In this document: one piece after another, positions 1-9,879 of the stretch
Numbering within the stretch: position 1 is the stretch's first letter
How the letters are laid out: each line of letters starts with the position of its first letter
Source: Planctomycetota bacterium
GTDB taxonomy: Bacteria > Planctomycetota > UBA1135 > UBA2386
Length of the DNA: 64,000 bases
Assembly (NCBI GenBank): GCA_965223545.1
Contig: OZ245006.1
Span: forward strand, 4,768,001-4,832,000
Reading direction: 5' to 3'
Made by a program: the position numbers and the translations under genes
The notes under the pieces: generated by a model
Told to the model about the DNA's origin: nothing
The model's input: only the letters and a program-made list of their open reading frames with translations
Databases searched by the model: none

Positions 1-557
1 TCGTGGCAGCTGGCGCAGGTCGCGTCGAGGCCGGTGTATCGCTGCGCGCCGGCCGGCAGCACGGCGGTGTCGGCGTGCGCGTGGCAGGCCGCGCACTCGA
101 GCTCCTGGTGCGCGCCGCCCATGGCGAAGCCGACGCTGTGGTGGTCGAAGCCTTCGCGGCCGTCGAAGCCCGCGGCAACGAAGCTCTGCCGGTTGACGAG
201 GGCGAAGGACGCGCCGTGGTGCTCGCTGTGGCAGCGCGCGCACGCCGCCGAGGCGGCCTGGCTCGAGCGGCCGTGCAGCCCCTCGCCGTCGACTCGCTGC
301 GCTTCGATGTCGTCGTGGCACTGTAGGCAGGACTGCGTCATGTCGGAGAACCAGCCGCCGTGGCACTGCGCGCAGCTGCGGTCGCCGGCCAGGTCGGGGT
401 GGGCGCCGTGTACGGTCGACAGCGTGCCGGGGGCGACGCGGTCGAGATCGCCGATCACCAGCGCGCCGACCGCGACCGCCGAGAGCACCGCGATGGCGAC
501 GCCGGCGTGGCGCCGCAACCAGGGGTCGCTCGGCTGGCGGGGTCGTGCGCGGGTCAT
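1..557 (-). CDS. Multiheme c-type cytochrome (partial, runs off window start)
   Basis: Manual translation from ATG at 557 (ATGA overlap with the upstream stop). N-terminal hydrophobic anchor, then five CxxCH motifs (CAQCH, CLQCH, CARCH, CAACH, CASCH). Absent from the ORF track because no stop lies in the window. Confidence 0.9.
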   Translation of the reverse strand, partial: MTRARPRQPSDPWLRRHAGVAIAVLSAVAVGALVIGDLDRVAPGTLSTVHGAHPDLAGDRSCAQCHGGWFSDMTQSCLQCHDDIEAQRVDGEGLHGRSSQAASAACARCHSEHHGASFALVNRQSFVAAGFDGREGFDHHSVGFAMGGAHQELECAACHAHADTAVLPAGAQRYTGLDATCASCH

Positions 558-2797
558 CGCTCCGCTCCTGCGCCGAGCGGCGCCGCGGCGTCACCGGCGC
601 CGTAGGCGAGCGCGTAGAACACGTGCACGGCGAGCAGCAGCAGCATCAGCACCGCGACCCAGCGGTGTAGCCAGCGCCAGGTCGACAGCAGCGCGCGCAC
701 GTCCTCGAAGTGCGCTGCGGTCACTGCGAGGTGGTGCGCGCGGCGGGTCAGGTCGATGGTGCGCGCGATCTCGGGTGGGGCGACGCCGTGCTGGGTTCCC
801 TCGTGTCGCAGTCCGCTGATCGTGCGGCGCAGCGAGCGCTGCGCGGTGAGCAGACCGAATGCCCGGCCGGCGAAGCCCGCCCGCCAGCGGTGGCGTTCGA
901 CCGATTCCTCGACCGCCCGCCGCGCCGACCGGCGCAGGTCGACGGCGGCCGTGCTCCAGTCTTCGCTGCTGCTCTCGAGCTCCGCCTTGACCTCGTCCAG
1001 CCGCAGCTCGCGGCCGTTGGCGGCGCGCGGCAACCATGCGTAGAAGTAGCGGCCGATCGCGCCCGAGACGACAAGTGCGAGCAAGGCCCACAGCGCGTGG
1101 CCCCCGGGTGTGTCGCGCGGGGCCAGGGCGGCGTGCAGGACCGCGCACAGCAGCGCCAGCACGCCGGTGGCGACGTGGCTGGTCATCCACAAGCGCAGGC
1201 TGCCGAGGCGCAGGTGGAAGCGCTCGGTGCGCCGCGCCAGATAGGCCAGGTTGGTCGCGATCAGTGCGACCGCGGCGATGCCGAACGCGAGGCCCGCGCC
1301 GCGACCAGGCCGCAGCCACTCGTGAAGGTCGTGGGTCGGCCGTTCGGCGGTGGCCAAGCCATAGTAGTCGACGTGCCACAGCACCCACGCCGTGGCCAGC
1401 GCCAGCAGTGCTGCGGCCGTGATCGCCGCGTTGCGGATGCCGGCGCCGCGCGGTTGCGCCGCGGCGGGCGGCGGCCGCAGCTCCGGATTGCACGAGACCC
1501 CGGCGGCGGCGAGCAGCGCTGCCGGCGGCGTGCCGCCGAGCATCGCGAACACGCGGTGCACCGCCAGCCTGCCCCGCCGGATGCCCTCCGCCGTGCGCCG
1601 TTCGAGCTCGACGTGGTCCTCGGTGATGCCGCGGATCTCGGTGCTCATCAACAGCCGCAGCCGGCCGCGCTGCGCGAGGTCGTGCAGGCGCTGCTCGTTG
1701 GCGCGGCGCATGCGGTAGAAGTGCGGTTTGCGGTAGGCCAGGTGCACACGGTTGCCGGGTTGCTCGGCCAGCGCGATCGCGGTCTCCGCTGCGCTGTCGC
1801 CGCCACCGACCACCAGCAGCGCGCGGTCGCGCAAGGACTGCGCGTCGAGCAGGCCATAGGCCACCGACGAAGCGTCCTCGCCGGGCACGTCGAGCCGCGC
1901 CGGCGTGCCGCGGCGGCCGATCGCCAGGCAGACCGCGCGGGCGCGCACTTCGGCGGAGTTGCCGCGCACCCGCAGGCTGCCGTCGGCGTCGCGTTCGACC
2001 GCCTCGACGACCGCGTCGCAGCGCAGCGGCAGCTCGTGGCTGTCGACCAGCTCGCTCCACAGCGCGACCAGCTCCTCCTTCTCGTAGCTGCGCTGTGGCA
2101 GCCGCCCGTGCAGCGGCAGCGCCACCGACTCGGTGAGCACCAGCTTTTGGCGCGGGTACTTCGCCACCGTGCCGCCGGCGGCGCTCTCCTGCTCGAGCCA
2201 GACGAAGGACAGCCCGTGCGCACGGGCCTGCAGCGCGCACGCCAGCCCGGCCGGCCCCGCGCCGACGATGCACAGGTCGCGCAACCCGGCTTCGGCATTC
2301 CGTGCGCGGCGTGCGGCGACCCGGTCCGCCACCGCCGTGCCGTGCTCCACCGCGGTCTTGATCAGCGCGTGTGCGGTGACCTCACCGGCGAGGAACACGC
2401 CCGGCGCGGTTACCGACTCGAGCTCGTCGGTCAGCACCGGCACATCGTCGCGCTCGGCGAGATCCGCGATCGTCACGGTGATCGCGTCCACCGGACAGAC
2501 GCGTGCGCAGGCCGCCACACCGACGCACCGCGCGCCGTGGATCACCGCCGCCTGCCCGTGCACCATGCCGAGCACGTCGTCTTCGGGGCAGACCTCGACA
2601 CACTTGCCGCAGCCGAGGCAGCGGCTCAGATCGATGTGCGGCTGCTGCAGCCGCGCGGCCCGGTCCCCGGCGCGCGCCGCCGTCTCGCGCGCCCGCACCT
2701 GCCGCTGCATGCGCAGAAGCTCCCCCCGCCGCGACGCGGTCGCGAACAGGGAAAGCCCGAGGATGGTGATCGCGGTGAGGACGAAACCCCAGCTCAT
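554..2797 (-). CDS. 4Fe-4S dicluster / FAD-NAD(P)-dependent oxidoreductase (thioredoxin-reductase-like) fused to a C-terminal membrane domain
   Basis: CLGCGKCVEVCP and CVGVAACARVCP motifs; GAGPAG and VVGGGDSA Rossmann motifs; C-terminal TM helices with His residues (SHVATG, VLHAA, LHRW, VHVF). Confidence 0.85.
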   Translation of the reverse strand: MSWGFVLTAITILGLSLFATASRRGELLRMQRQVRARETAARAGDRAARLQQPHIDLSRCLGCGKCVEVCPEDDVLGMVHGQAAVIHGARCVGVAACARVCPVDAITVTIADLAERDDVPVLTDELESVTAPGVFLAGEVTAHALIKTAVEHGTAVADRVAARRARNAEAGLRDLCIVGAGPAGLACALQARAHGLSFVWLEQESAAGGTVAKYPRQKLVLTESVALPLHGRLPQRSYEKEELVALWSELVDSHELPLRCDAVVEAVERDADGSLRVRGNSAEVRARAVCLAIGRRGTPARLDVPGEDASSVAYGLLDAQSLRDRALLVVGGGDSAAETAIALAEQPGNRVHLAYRKPHFYRMRRANEQRLHDLAQRGRLRLLMSTEIRGITEDHVELERRTAEGIRRGRLAVHRVFAMLGGTPPAALLAAAGVSCNPELRPPPAAAQPRGAGIRNAAITAAALLALATAWVLWHVDYYGLATAERPTHDLHEWLRPGRGAGLAFGIAAVALIATNLAYLARRTERFHLRLGSLRLWMTSHVATGVLALLCAVLHAALAPRDTPGGHALWALLALVVSGAIGRYFYAWLPRAANGRELRLDEVKAELESSSEDWSTAAVDLRRSARRAVEESVERHRWRAGFAGRAFGLLTAQRSLRRTISGLRHEGTQHGVAPPEIARTIDLTRRAHHLAVTAAHFEDVRALLSTWRWLHRWVAVLMLLLLAVHVFYALAYGAGDAAAPLGAGAER

Positions 2798-2917
2798 GCC
2801 GACTTCGGCGCCGGCTGCCACCCGCTGGCAGTCCGGCCCACTTCTCTAGTCGGCGATTCAGGGCCTCGGAGTGGGGGTGGCGCGCGCGGATTTCGAAGCA
2901 GCGCGCGGCTTGGCGCC

Positions 2918-4972
2918 TCAGTGTCCGATGCGCAGGTCCAACGCGTTCGTCAAGGCGATCCCGATCGAGGCCGCCGGATCGGGTACCGCGGCCTGCACGT
3001 GTACGTGCTGCGCCAGCAGTCTCGGCAGCAGCGGGATCGGGGCGTCGAGAGTGGTGATCCCCAGCGGGTCGGTCGTCGCGGCAACGACTGCTGCAATTCG
3101 CGTCAGGTCGATCCACGCCGTGCAGCCGCCCCCGAGGCTGGTCACTGCCGATGCGGGAGAGAAGAAGGCGACCGCGGGGGCCGTCGCCGGTGCGTCGACG
3201 AGATCGAGCTTGAACGAACGAGAGCCGAGGGCGGGGGTGCTCCAGCCGCGAAGGTCGGGCCGGGTCGTTGCGCCACAGCCATCTCCGGAGCGCGTGACCG
3301 AAGCCGGCGAGCCGGACAAGATCCACGATTGGGTGGCGCCGTCGGCCAGCAACAGGGTGGTGCGGCCGACGTGATCGAAGACCATCGGGCCCGCGAGCCG
3401 AGCCGTCGCGCGCACGCCGGTCGCCACTTGCTGCCAAGACGACCCGTCCCAGGCGAAGGCAGCACCGCCGAACGCATGCGCGACGACGCGGGCTGCATCG
3501 GGGTCGTAGGCCGCGGCGACGGGACCAGCGCCGGAAGTGACGGCGGCACCGAGACGGCTCCACGCAGTCCCATCCCACTCCCAGGTGCCGCTCGCACCGA
3601 TGAACACGACGCGCTGCCGGCGCGTGTCGGTCACCATGGTTCCGACCGAGTCGGGAGGGAGCGAGCTCGGCTGGATGCGCGTCCAAGTCGTTCCGTCGTA
3701 GCTCCACATGTCCGCGCCACCGAGCACGATGCGTTGCAGCACGGGATCCCAGGCCATCGGCGCGTGATATCGCGCACTCGGCACGGTCGTCGGATTCATC
3801 TGCTGCCAGCGCGATCCGTCCCATTCCCACGTCGCGGCGAACGCGATGCCCGCGGTGAATCCGCCGAACAACACGGCCCGGCGCCGGCGCGGATCGTACG
3901 CCAGGCTGTAGCCAAACTGGGGCATCGGCTGCGGGGACGTCGCCACGCGCTGCCAATTCGCCCCGTCGTACTCCCAGGTCTCGCCGTCGTGAACCGTGAC
4001 TGCTCGGCGGCGGTGGACGTCGTAGCAGAGGCCTCGGGACTGGTTGAACAGGCCGGGGGGATGGGGGTTCGCCCGCGTTGAGGACCATGCCGCGCCGTCC
4101 CAGCTCCAGACGGTCCCGTCGGCTTCGAAGACGGACACGCGTCCGGTCGCGGGCACGAAGGCCAGCGGCTCGCCGGCGGACGGGCCGACGGTCGGGCCGC
4201 CCCGCCAGGTGCTGCCGTCCCATTCCCAGGTCTCGCCGTCGGTGAGCAGGACCATGCGGGCACGGGTCTCGTCGAACGCCATGGTCGCCTGGCCTCCAGG
4301 CGGACCGCTGGCGCTGCGCAGGATCCACGTGGTGCCGTCCCACTCCCAAGTGTCGCGCAGTGGGTTCGTGGGCCCACTGCCGAAGCCGCCGAACAGCACC
4401 GTCACTCCCCGGGTCGTGTCGTAGCCCATGGCGTGGCTGAACCGTGCCGCCGGCGTCGCGGCAGTGAGTCGTTGGGCCCAACGAGCCCCGTCCCACTCCC
4501 AGGTCTCGGCCAGCGAGCCGAACTCCCGGCCGCCGAACAACACCGCGCGCCCGCGTCCTCGGTCGTACGCCATGCCGGCGTCGGCGCCGCTCGGTTGGGG
4601 GAGCGCGGTGTCGAGCTGCCACTGTGCACCGTTCCACCGCCAGGTGGCGCGCGGATACACCCCGGAGACGGAGTCCCATCCACCGGAGACGAGCACGGTG
4701 CCTCGGGTGTCGTCGTAGACCGCGGCTGGACTCGACAGGCCGTGCGGGGTGTTGAACGCATTCACCCCCATGGGGGTCCAGCCGCGTCCGTCCGACTCGA
4801 AGGTGTCCGTCGGGGTGATGCCGACGGCTCTGCCGCGGGCGCGGTCATAGGCAAGGGCACCGAGGCTCTGTGGATTCTTCAGAATCCACGTTCGGGACTG
4901 GGCCTCCACGGTTTGTGTGATGGGGGCGCAGAGAATGACGGCGGTGGCCGAGCAGCGCGCGATCGAGTGCAT
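2918..4972 (-). CDS. Secreted Kelch-like beta-propeller repeat protein
   Basis: Signal-peptide-like N-terminus after a GGAGG RBS; repeated AYD...VLFGG...TWEWDG units. Confidence 0.85.
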   Translation of the reverse strand: MHSIARCSATAVILCAPITQTVEAQSRTWILKNPQSLGALAYDRARGRAVGITPTDTFESDGRGWTPMGVNAFNTPHGLSSPAAVYDDTRGTVLVSGGWDSVSGVYPRATWRWNGAQWQLDTALPQPSGADAGMAYDRGRGRAVLFGGREFGSLAETWEWDGARWAQRLTAATPAARFSHAMGYDTTRGVTVLFGGFGSGPTNPLRDTWEWDGTTWILRSASGPPGGQATMAFDETRARMVLLTDGETWEWDGSTWRGGPTVGPSAGEPLAFVPATGRVSVFEADGTVWSWDGAAWSSTRANPHPPGLFNQSRGLCYDVHRRRAVTVHDGETWEYDGANWQRVATSPQPMPQFGYSLAYDPRRRRAVLFGGFTAGIAFAATWEWDGSRWQQMNPTTVPSARYHAPMAWDPVLQRIVLGGADMWSYDGTTWTRIQPSSLPPDSVGTMVTDTRRQRVVFIGASGTWEWDGTAWSRLGAAVTSGAGPVAAAYDPDAARVVAHAFGGAAFAWDGSSWQQVATGVRATARLAGPMVFDHVGRTTLLLADGATQSWILSGSPASVTRSGDGCGATTRPDLRGWSTPALGSRSFKLDLVDAPATAPAVAFFSPASAVTSLGGGCTAWIDLTRIAAVVAATTDPLGITTLDAPIPLLPRLLAQHVHVQAAVPDPAASIGIALTNALDLRIGH

Positions 4973-5084
4973 CGTTTCTTCCTCCGTCCCGATCCTACGA
5001 CGATGTGTTTCGCCTTGTCCACCTCCCCGGCGGGTTCTGCCATGCGCCGACGGAGTTCTCGATCGACGGGCGCGTTGGAGACCC

Positions 5085-6101
5085 ATGCCCAAGCCCCTGC
5101 TCGCCCGGCGCACCTGCGCATCCCTTCTGCTCGCGGGCTTCGTTGCCCCGGGCGCAACGGCGAGCGCGCAGCTCCCGCACCCCGCGCGCGACCCCTACTT
5201 CCAGCCGACCGACGCGAAGGTCCTCGACAAGCTGCCGGTCGTGATCCTGCGCAACATGATCGAGGACCGCGACGGTGCGATCTGGTTCGCATCGTTCGGC
5301 GGTCCGATTCGCTATGACGGCGCCAACTTCACGAACTTCGCGGAAGAGGTCGGGTTGGCGGGGACCCGCGTGTTCTCGCTGCTCGAGACCGAGTCCGGCG
5401 ACCTATGGTTCGGGTCGATCACCGGTGGCGCGACGCGGTACGACGGCGAGTCGTTCACCAAGTGGACCACCGAGGAGGGACTCGCGAGCAACGACGTCCA
5501 CTGGATCCTCGAAGACCGCGACGGCGACGTTTGGCTGGCGACCACGGCCGGCGTCAGCCGCTATGACGGCAAGTCGTTCACCAACTACACCGTCGACGAC
5601 GGTTTGCCGCACGACGCGGTGTACGTCATCGCGGAGGACCGCACGGGCACGCTCTGGTTCGGCACCCAGGGTGGCATCTGCTCGTTCGACGGCGAGGCGT
5701 TCACCAACTTCGGGCTCCGTGTGGACCGGGAGTTCGTCAACATCCGCGCCATCGTCGAGGACCACTCGGGCAACTTGTGGTTCGGCGGACAGGCCGGCGC
5801 CTTCCGGTTCGACGGCGAGACCCTGACCGCCTTCGACGAAGAGAGCGGGCTGCTGCACGATTTCGTCGGCTCGCTGATGGTCGACCGAGCGGGCCACGTC
5901 TGGTTCGGCCACCCCGACACCTTCGCCGGCGGTGCCAGCCGCTTCGACGGCGAGTCGTTCACCCACCTCACGCAAGACGACGGCATGACCGCCACCAACG
6001 TCTACTGCATGCTCGAGGACAGCGAAGGACGCATCTGGTTCGGCAGCGTCAACGCCGGCGCCTGCCGCTACGACGGCAAGACCTTCACCAGCTTCTCGTG
6101 A
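5085..6101 (+). CDS. Secreted beta-propeller protein (two-component regulator propeller-type repeats)
   Basis: Signal peptide; repeated IxEDxxGxxWF...RYDGxxF units; GGAG RBS before ATG 5085. Confidence 0.85.
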   Translation: MPKPLLARRTCASLLLAGFVAPGATASAQLPHPARDPYFQPTDAKVLDKLPVVILRNMIEDRDGAIWFASFGGPIRYDGANFTNFAEEVGLAGTRVFSLLETESGDLWFGSITGGATRYDGESFTKWTTEEGLASNDVHWILEDRDGDVWLATTAGVSRYDGKSFTNYTVDDGLPHDAVYVIAEDRTGTLWFGTQGGICSFDGEAFTNFGLRVDREFVNIRAIVEDHSGNLWFGGQAGAFRFDGETLTAFDEESGLLHDFVGSLMVDRAGHVWFGHPDTFAGGASRFDGESFTHLTQDDGMTATNVYCMLEDSEGRIWFGSVNAGACRYDGKTFTSFS

Positions 6102-6142
6102 CCGTACGGTGTCAGGCTCGTTTTCTCGCTTCGCCCGACTCC

Positions 6143-8286
6143 CTACCCGCCAATCACGGCAGCGACGGCGTCGGAGAGGACCATCCCGGCCGGGTTGCGC
6201 CGTGGATCGGGCACCACGGCCTGCTGGTAGTAGCGACCGCCGATGAGGGCGGGCGTGACCGGAATCGAGTACGCGAACGCAGCCGACGTGCCCGTGCCGG
6301 CGACCGGAACCGCTGCGTCCGGGCTCACCCTCAGCAGGCAGCCAGTCAGTCCCAAACGGCTCAGGTTCATCGGCAAGGGGGCGGCGCCGAACGTCGTGTT
6401 GCTGGCACCGAACAGTACTGTCGCCGCACCTTGCGGCAGCCCCCGCGCGACGACGTTCATCACCGTGCCCACTCGCGGAGGTAGGGTGGCGGTCAGGTGC
6501 GGAACGCCGAGGCTCCCCAGGCACAAGGGACTTGCGAACGCGACGTACGCGCCCTGCGCAACCACGCCGACGTCGTTGGAAGCCACCCGGCTGTAGACCA
6601 TCCCGGGTTCGAGGTCGGGTGCGTTGAACTGAAACGTAGAGCTCCAAGAGACCGCCGAGCCGTCGCTCCGCCGCGCCACGCTCCCGGTGGTCGATTGCTC
6701 GTTGGCGACCTCGACGTAGGTCACCCCGGCGGGCAACGGCGGCACCGACCCGAAGAAACTCGACCCCCAGGCAGCGACGGTTCCGTCACTCCGTCGCTGC
6801 CATCGCTGCGCAGCGCGGCCGAGTGCTCGCCACCAGCGGCTGCCTCGACGTAGCGCAAGCCGGCCGGCAGCGCGGGCACGTTGGTCTGACCGGAGAGATT
6901 CTTGCCCCAAGCGACGAGTGAGCCGTCGCTGCGCAGCCCGAGCGAGTGCTGGGATCCCGCACTGACCTGAGTGTAGGTCAAACCGGTGGGCGGGGAAGGC
7001 ACGGAGGTCTGTCCCCAGAAGTTCCATCCCCAACCCACCGCGGTCCCGTCGCTGCGCAACGCGAGGGCAAACGACTCGCCCGCCTCGATGGCGGCATAGG
7101 TCGTGCCGGCCCGTGGCGGTGGCACGCTGGTCTGGCCCAGGCTGTCGTCTCCCCAAGCTGCGATCTCGCCGTCGCTGCGCAGCGCGAGCCAATAGCCGAA
7201 TCCCGCCGCCACGTCGGTGTAGGTGAGACCCGAGGGCAGAGCCGGCGCGTTGAGCTGACCCAGTCGATTGGAGCCCCACGACACGACCGAGTCGTCGCTG
7301 CGGCGTGCGACGGTGTGGGACTGGCCCACTGCCCCGCCGGCGTCGACCGCGACGTAGGTCAACCCCGCTGGCAAGGGTGGGACCGCGCCGCGGACGTTCC
7401 CCCACGCCGTGATCGTTCCGTCGCTGCGCAGCCCGACCGAATGATCGTAGCCCGCCGAAACCTGCACGTAGGTCGACCCCGGCGGAAGCGCCGGCACGTT
7501 GGTCTGGCCGGCACTGTTGTCGCCCCAGCCAATGGCCGAGCCGTCGCTGCGCCGTGCCAGCGCGTGCAGTGGCCCGGCGTCGATCGCAACGTAGGTCAGC
7601 CCCGGCGGAAGCGCGGGCACTGCGGCGACGGCCCCCCAGGCGACCACCGCGCCGTCACTGCGACGAGCGGCCGCGAAGCGACCGCCGGCAGCGACCTCGA
7701 CGTAGGCCAGCCCCGCAGGTGCAACGGGGATGTTGAGCTGGCCGAAACGATTGCTACCCCAACCGATCAGCGCACCGTCGCTGCGGCGCGCGATCGCGAA
7801 GTGCTCGCCCACCGTGCCGCCGGCCGCGACTTCGACGTAGCTCAGACCCGGCGGCAGGGCGGGAACGTTGAGCTGGCCGGAGTTGTTGTTGCCCCAACCG
7901 ACGACCGTGCCATCGCTGCGCCGCGCGATCGTGAACTCCTCCCCCGCTTCGATCTCGACGTAATGGATGCCCGGTGGCAAGGGCGGCCGGACATGCCACT
8001 TGGTGGCGCCCCACGAGACCACCGAGCCATCGCTACGGCGCGCGACCGTGTGGTACCCACCGGCAGAGACTTCGACGAACCTCTCCGCATGCCAAGCGCT
8101 GTTGAAGAACATGCCGCCCGGGCCCCAGCCCACGACGTCCTGCGCGCCTGCCGCGCTCGCGCACGACGCGATCAGCGCGGCGATGCACAGCGGGCCGGCA
8201 GGGAATCCGGTGCGTGCCTTCCGGTCGGGCGGGGGAACGCTGTCGGCGGAGATGCGCTGGCCGGAGGGTGGAGTCGCGCGGTGCAT
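6143..8286 (-). pseudogene. RCC1/BLIP-II-like repeat secreted protein, frameshifted near 6785 (or a sequence error)
   Basis: About 12 repeats of ~40 aa (ARRSDGxVVxWG..NxxGQxNVP) in 6721..8286; the last repeat and the C-terminal domain continue in another frame to the stop at 6143. Confidence 0.8.
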
Positions 8287-8530
8287 GGGTCACCTCGTTT
8301 GCCGCCATGGTAATGATCGCGAGCTCGCGCCGGGCGGGCGTGCGCAAGATGGCGCTCGGCCCAGCACGGATGCGGCCAAGCGGTGGGAGGCGTCGATGTC
8401 CTCCGCCGCGAACCGGAAACCTTTGCTCACCGAGGGGAGAGAGTGCGCTTGATCTCGATCGCGGCGGTTCGGCCTGCTGGCCCCAGCCCCCGATCGGGAA
8501 GGCTTCTCGCGACCGGTCGGGGGCTGGGTG

Positions 8531-8920
8531 TCAATCGCCGGCCGGGTCCTCGACCAGCTCGAACACGATGTCCGGCAGCTTGCGCCGGTGGATCGAGTCG
8601 GCGACCGCCTGCAACAGCACGGGCCGCGCCCCGACCAGGCGCGCCGACAGGTCCGCAGGATCACGTCCCGCGGGAAAGCGGACCCGCGCGCGCAGGCGGC
8701 TCTGGTCCGGTGCCGGGGTCACGTCGAGGATCGACAGGTCGAGCAGCACGGGGTCCTCGATCTCGCCCATCAACGTGAGGTCGAGGGTGCGCCGCACCTG
8801 GGCGCAGAGCTGCATCGTCTTGCGATCATCGCCGCGGCGGCTGCCGCGCGCGGCCGCATCTCGGAAATCGCCTCGCGCGGACGCGCCGTCGTCGAAGCGG
8901 GGGAACTTGTCTCTTACCAA
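8531..8920 (-). CDS. RbfA-like protein (ribosome-binding factor A paralog)
   Basis: RKTMQLCAQVRRTL...EDPVLLDLSILDVTPAPDQSRLR...RRKLPDIVF resembles the RbfA fold pattern; TTG start with AGGAG RBS. Confidence 0.65.
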   Translation of the reverse strand: MVRDKFPRFDDGASARGDFRDAAARGSRRGDDRKTMQLCAQVRRTLDLTLMGEIEDPVLLDLSILDVTPAPDQSRLRARVRFPAGRDPADLSARLVGARPVLLQAVADSIHRRKLPDIVFELVEDPAGD

Positions 8921-8924
8921 AGCT

Positions 8925-9003
8925 GGGCTCCTGAAGAATTGCCGTCAGTGAAGAGCCCGGCAAGCCACGCGCGCAGTCTGCCGCGGTGCGATGCGGCGCG
9001 CAA
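8925..9003 (-). promoter_or_regulatory. Putative sigma70 promoter, leaderless 7-codon uORF and RBS-sequestering hairpin
   Basis: TTGCGC-N17-CAGACT (9003-8975); GTG GCT TGC CGG GCT CTT CAC TGA (8968-8945); stem GGGCTCTT/AGGAGCCC includes the AGGAG RBS. Confidence 0.4.
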
Positions 9004-9005
9004 GA

Positions 9006-9034
9006 CCCTCGCGCCGTCGATGCGGCGGCGAGGG
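9006..9034 (-). terminator. GC-rich hairpin just downstream of the lipoprotein gene
   Basis: CCCTCGC-GCCG...CGGC-G-GCGAGGG imperfect inverted repeat; no U-tract. Confidence 0.35.
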
Positions 9035-9040
9035 CGTGGT

Positions 9041-9739
9041 CTATCGCGGCGGCGCGGCGACCGCGGGCTGCTCTTCCGCGTACGGCATCGCGGTCGAGTC
9101 CAAGTACGCCAGCGTGGCCTGCATCGAGGCGTCCAGCCGCCGGTGCAGCTCGCCGCTCTGTTGGCCGAGGGCGCGGACTTCGGGGTCCACGGTGGCGATC
9201 GCGGCGGCGTTGAAGTCGTTGCTCAGAAACAGCGTCACGTCGCGCATGCGCAGGTTGAGGGCGTCGAGCTCGGACTGGGCCGGCTCGACGGCGGCGAGGA
9301 TGCCGCGGTAGAGCGCTTGGGTGTGCTCGAGACGCGCCATGCTGCGCTGCCTCATCTGCGGGTTGGCGAACGACAACAGGTCGGCGCGCCAGCGCTCGAA
9401 CATCGGCTCGGCGGTGCGGCGCATCGTCGCGGTGCTGTCCCGCAGCTGTTCGCCCTGGGTGTTGGCCTCGGCCAGCGCCTGCTCGAGGCCGGAGAAGCTC
9501 TCCTTGGCATCGCCGGCGAAGGCGGGCGACACCAGGTTCTGCATCTGCGCCAGAGCGTGCTGAGCGGCTTGTTTGGCGAGCTCGAGGTCGACGTGCACGC
9601 GCTCGATGCGGGCGTGCACGTGCTCGAGGCTGGCCAGGCCATCGTCGCTTTGGAACATGCCGCAGGCGGCGAGGGCGGCGAGAGGAACGAGGCCGAGCGG
9701 CCGGCGAACGTGCGCGAACATCGGTGTGCTTGCAGTCAT
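9041..9739 (-). CDS. Coiled-coil lipoprotein (DUF2959-like)
   Basis: Lipobox LAAC after a hydrophobic stretch; helical protein with an LRMRDVTLFLSNDFNAAAIA motif; GGAG RBS. Confidence 0.65.
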   Translation of the reverse strand: MTASTPMFAHVRRPLGLVPLAALAACGMFQSDDGLASLEHVHARIERVHVDLELAKQAAQHALAQMQNLVSPAFAGDAKESFSGLEQALAEANTQGEQLRDSTATMRRTAEPMFERWRADLLSFANPQMRQRSMARLEHTQALYRGILAAVEPAQSELDALNLRMRDVTLFLSNDFNAAAIATVDPEVRALGQQSGELHRRLDASMQATLAYLDSTAMPYAEEQPAVAAPPR

Positions 9740-9879
9740 GGACTCTCCGGTAGGCGAAGCGCCCGCCGGCTGTCCAACGCTTCGGCGATCGCGCGCGGCT
9801 GCTTGAGGGCGGCCTTTGGCCGCGGGCTCGGGCTGAGACTGCCGCACGTTTGTGTGGTGTCGCGGCCGCCTCCTCGCAG

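Noticed and set aside
710..4081. Long plus-strand ORF (1123 aa) and similar long ORFs at 12397-15519, 17225-20818 and 53776-57105
   Set aside because: Shadow frames of well-supported genes in high-GC DNA; no recognisable motifs.
6780..8100. ~120-bp periodic DNA repeats that could be mistaken for a CRISPR array or DGR repeats
   Set aside because: They are degenerate coding repeats of the RCC1-like protein; there are no unique spacers, cas genes or reverse transcriptase.
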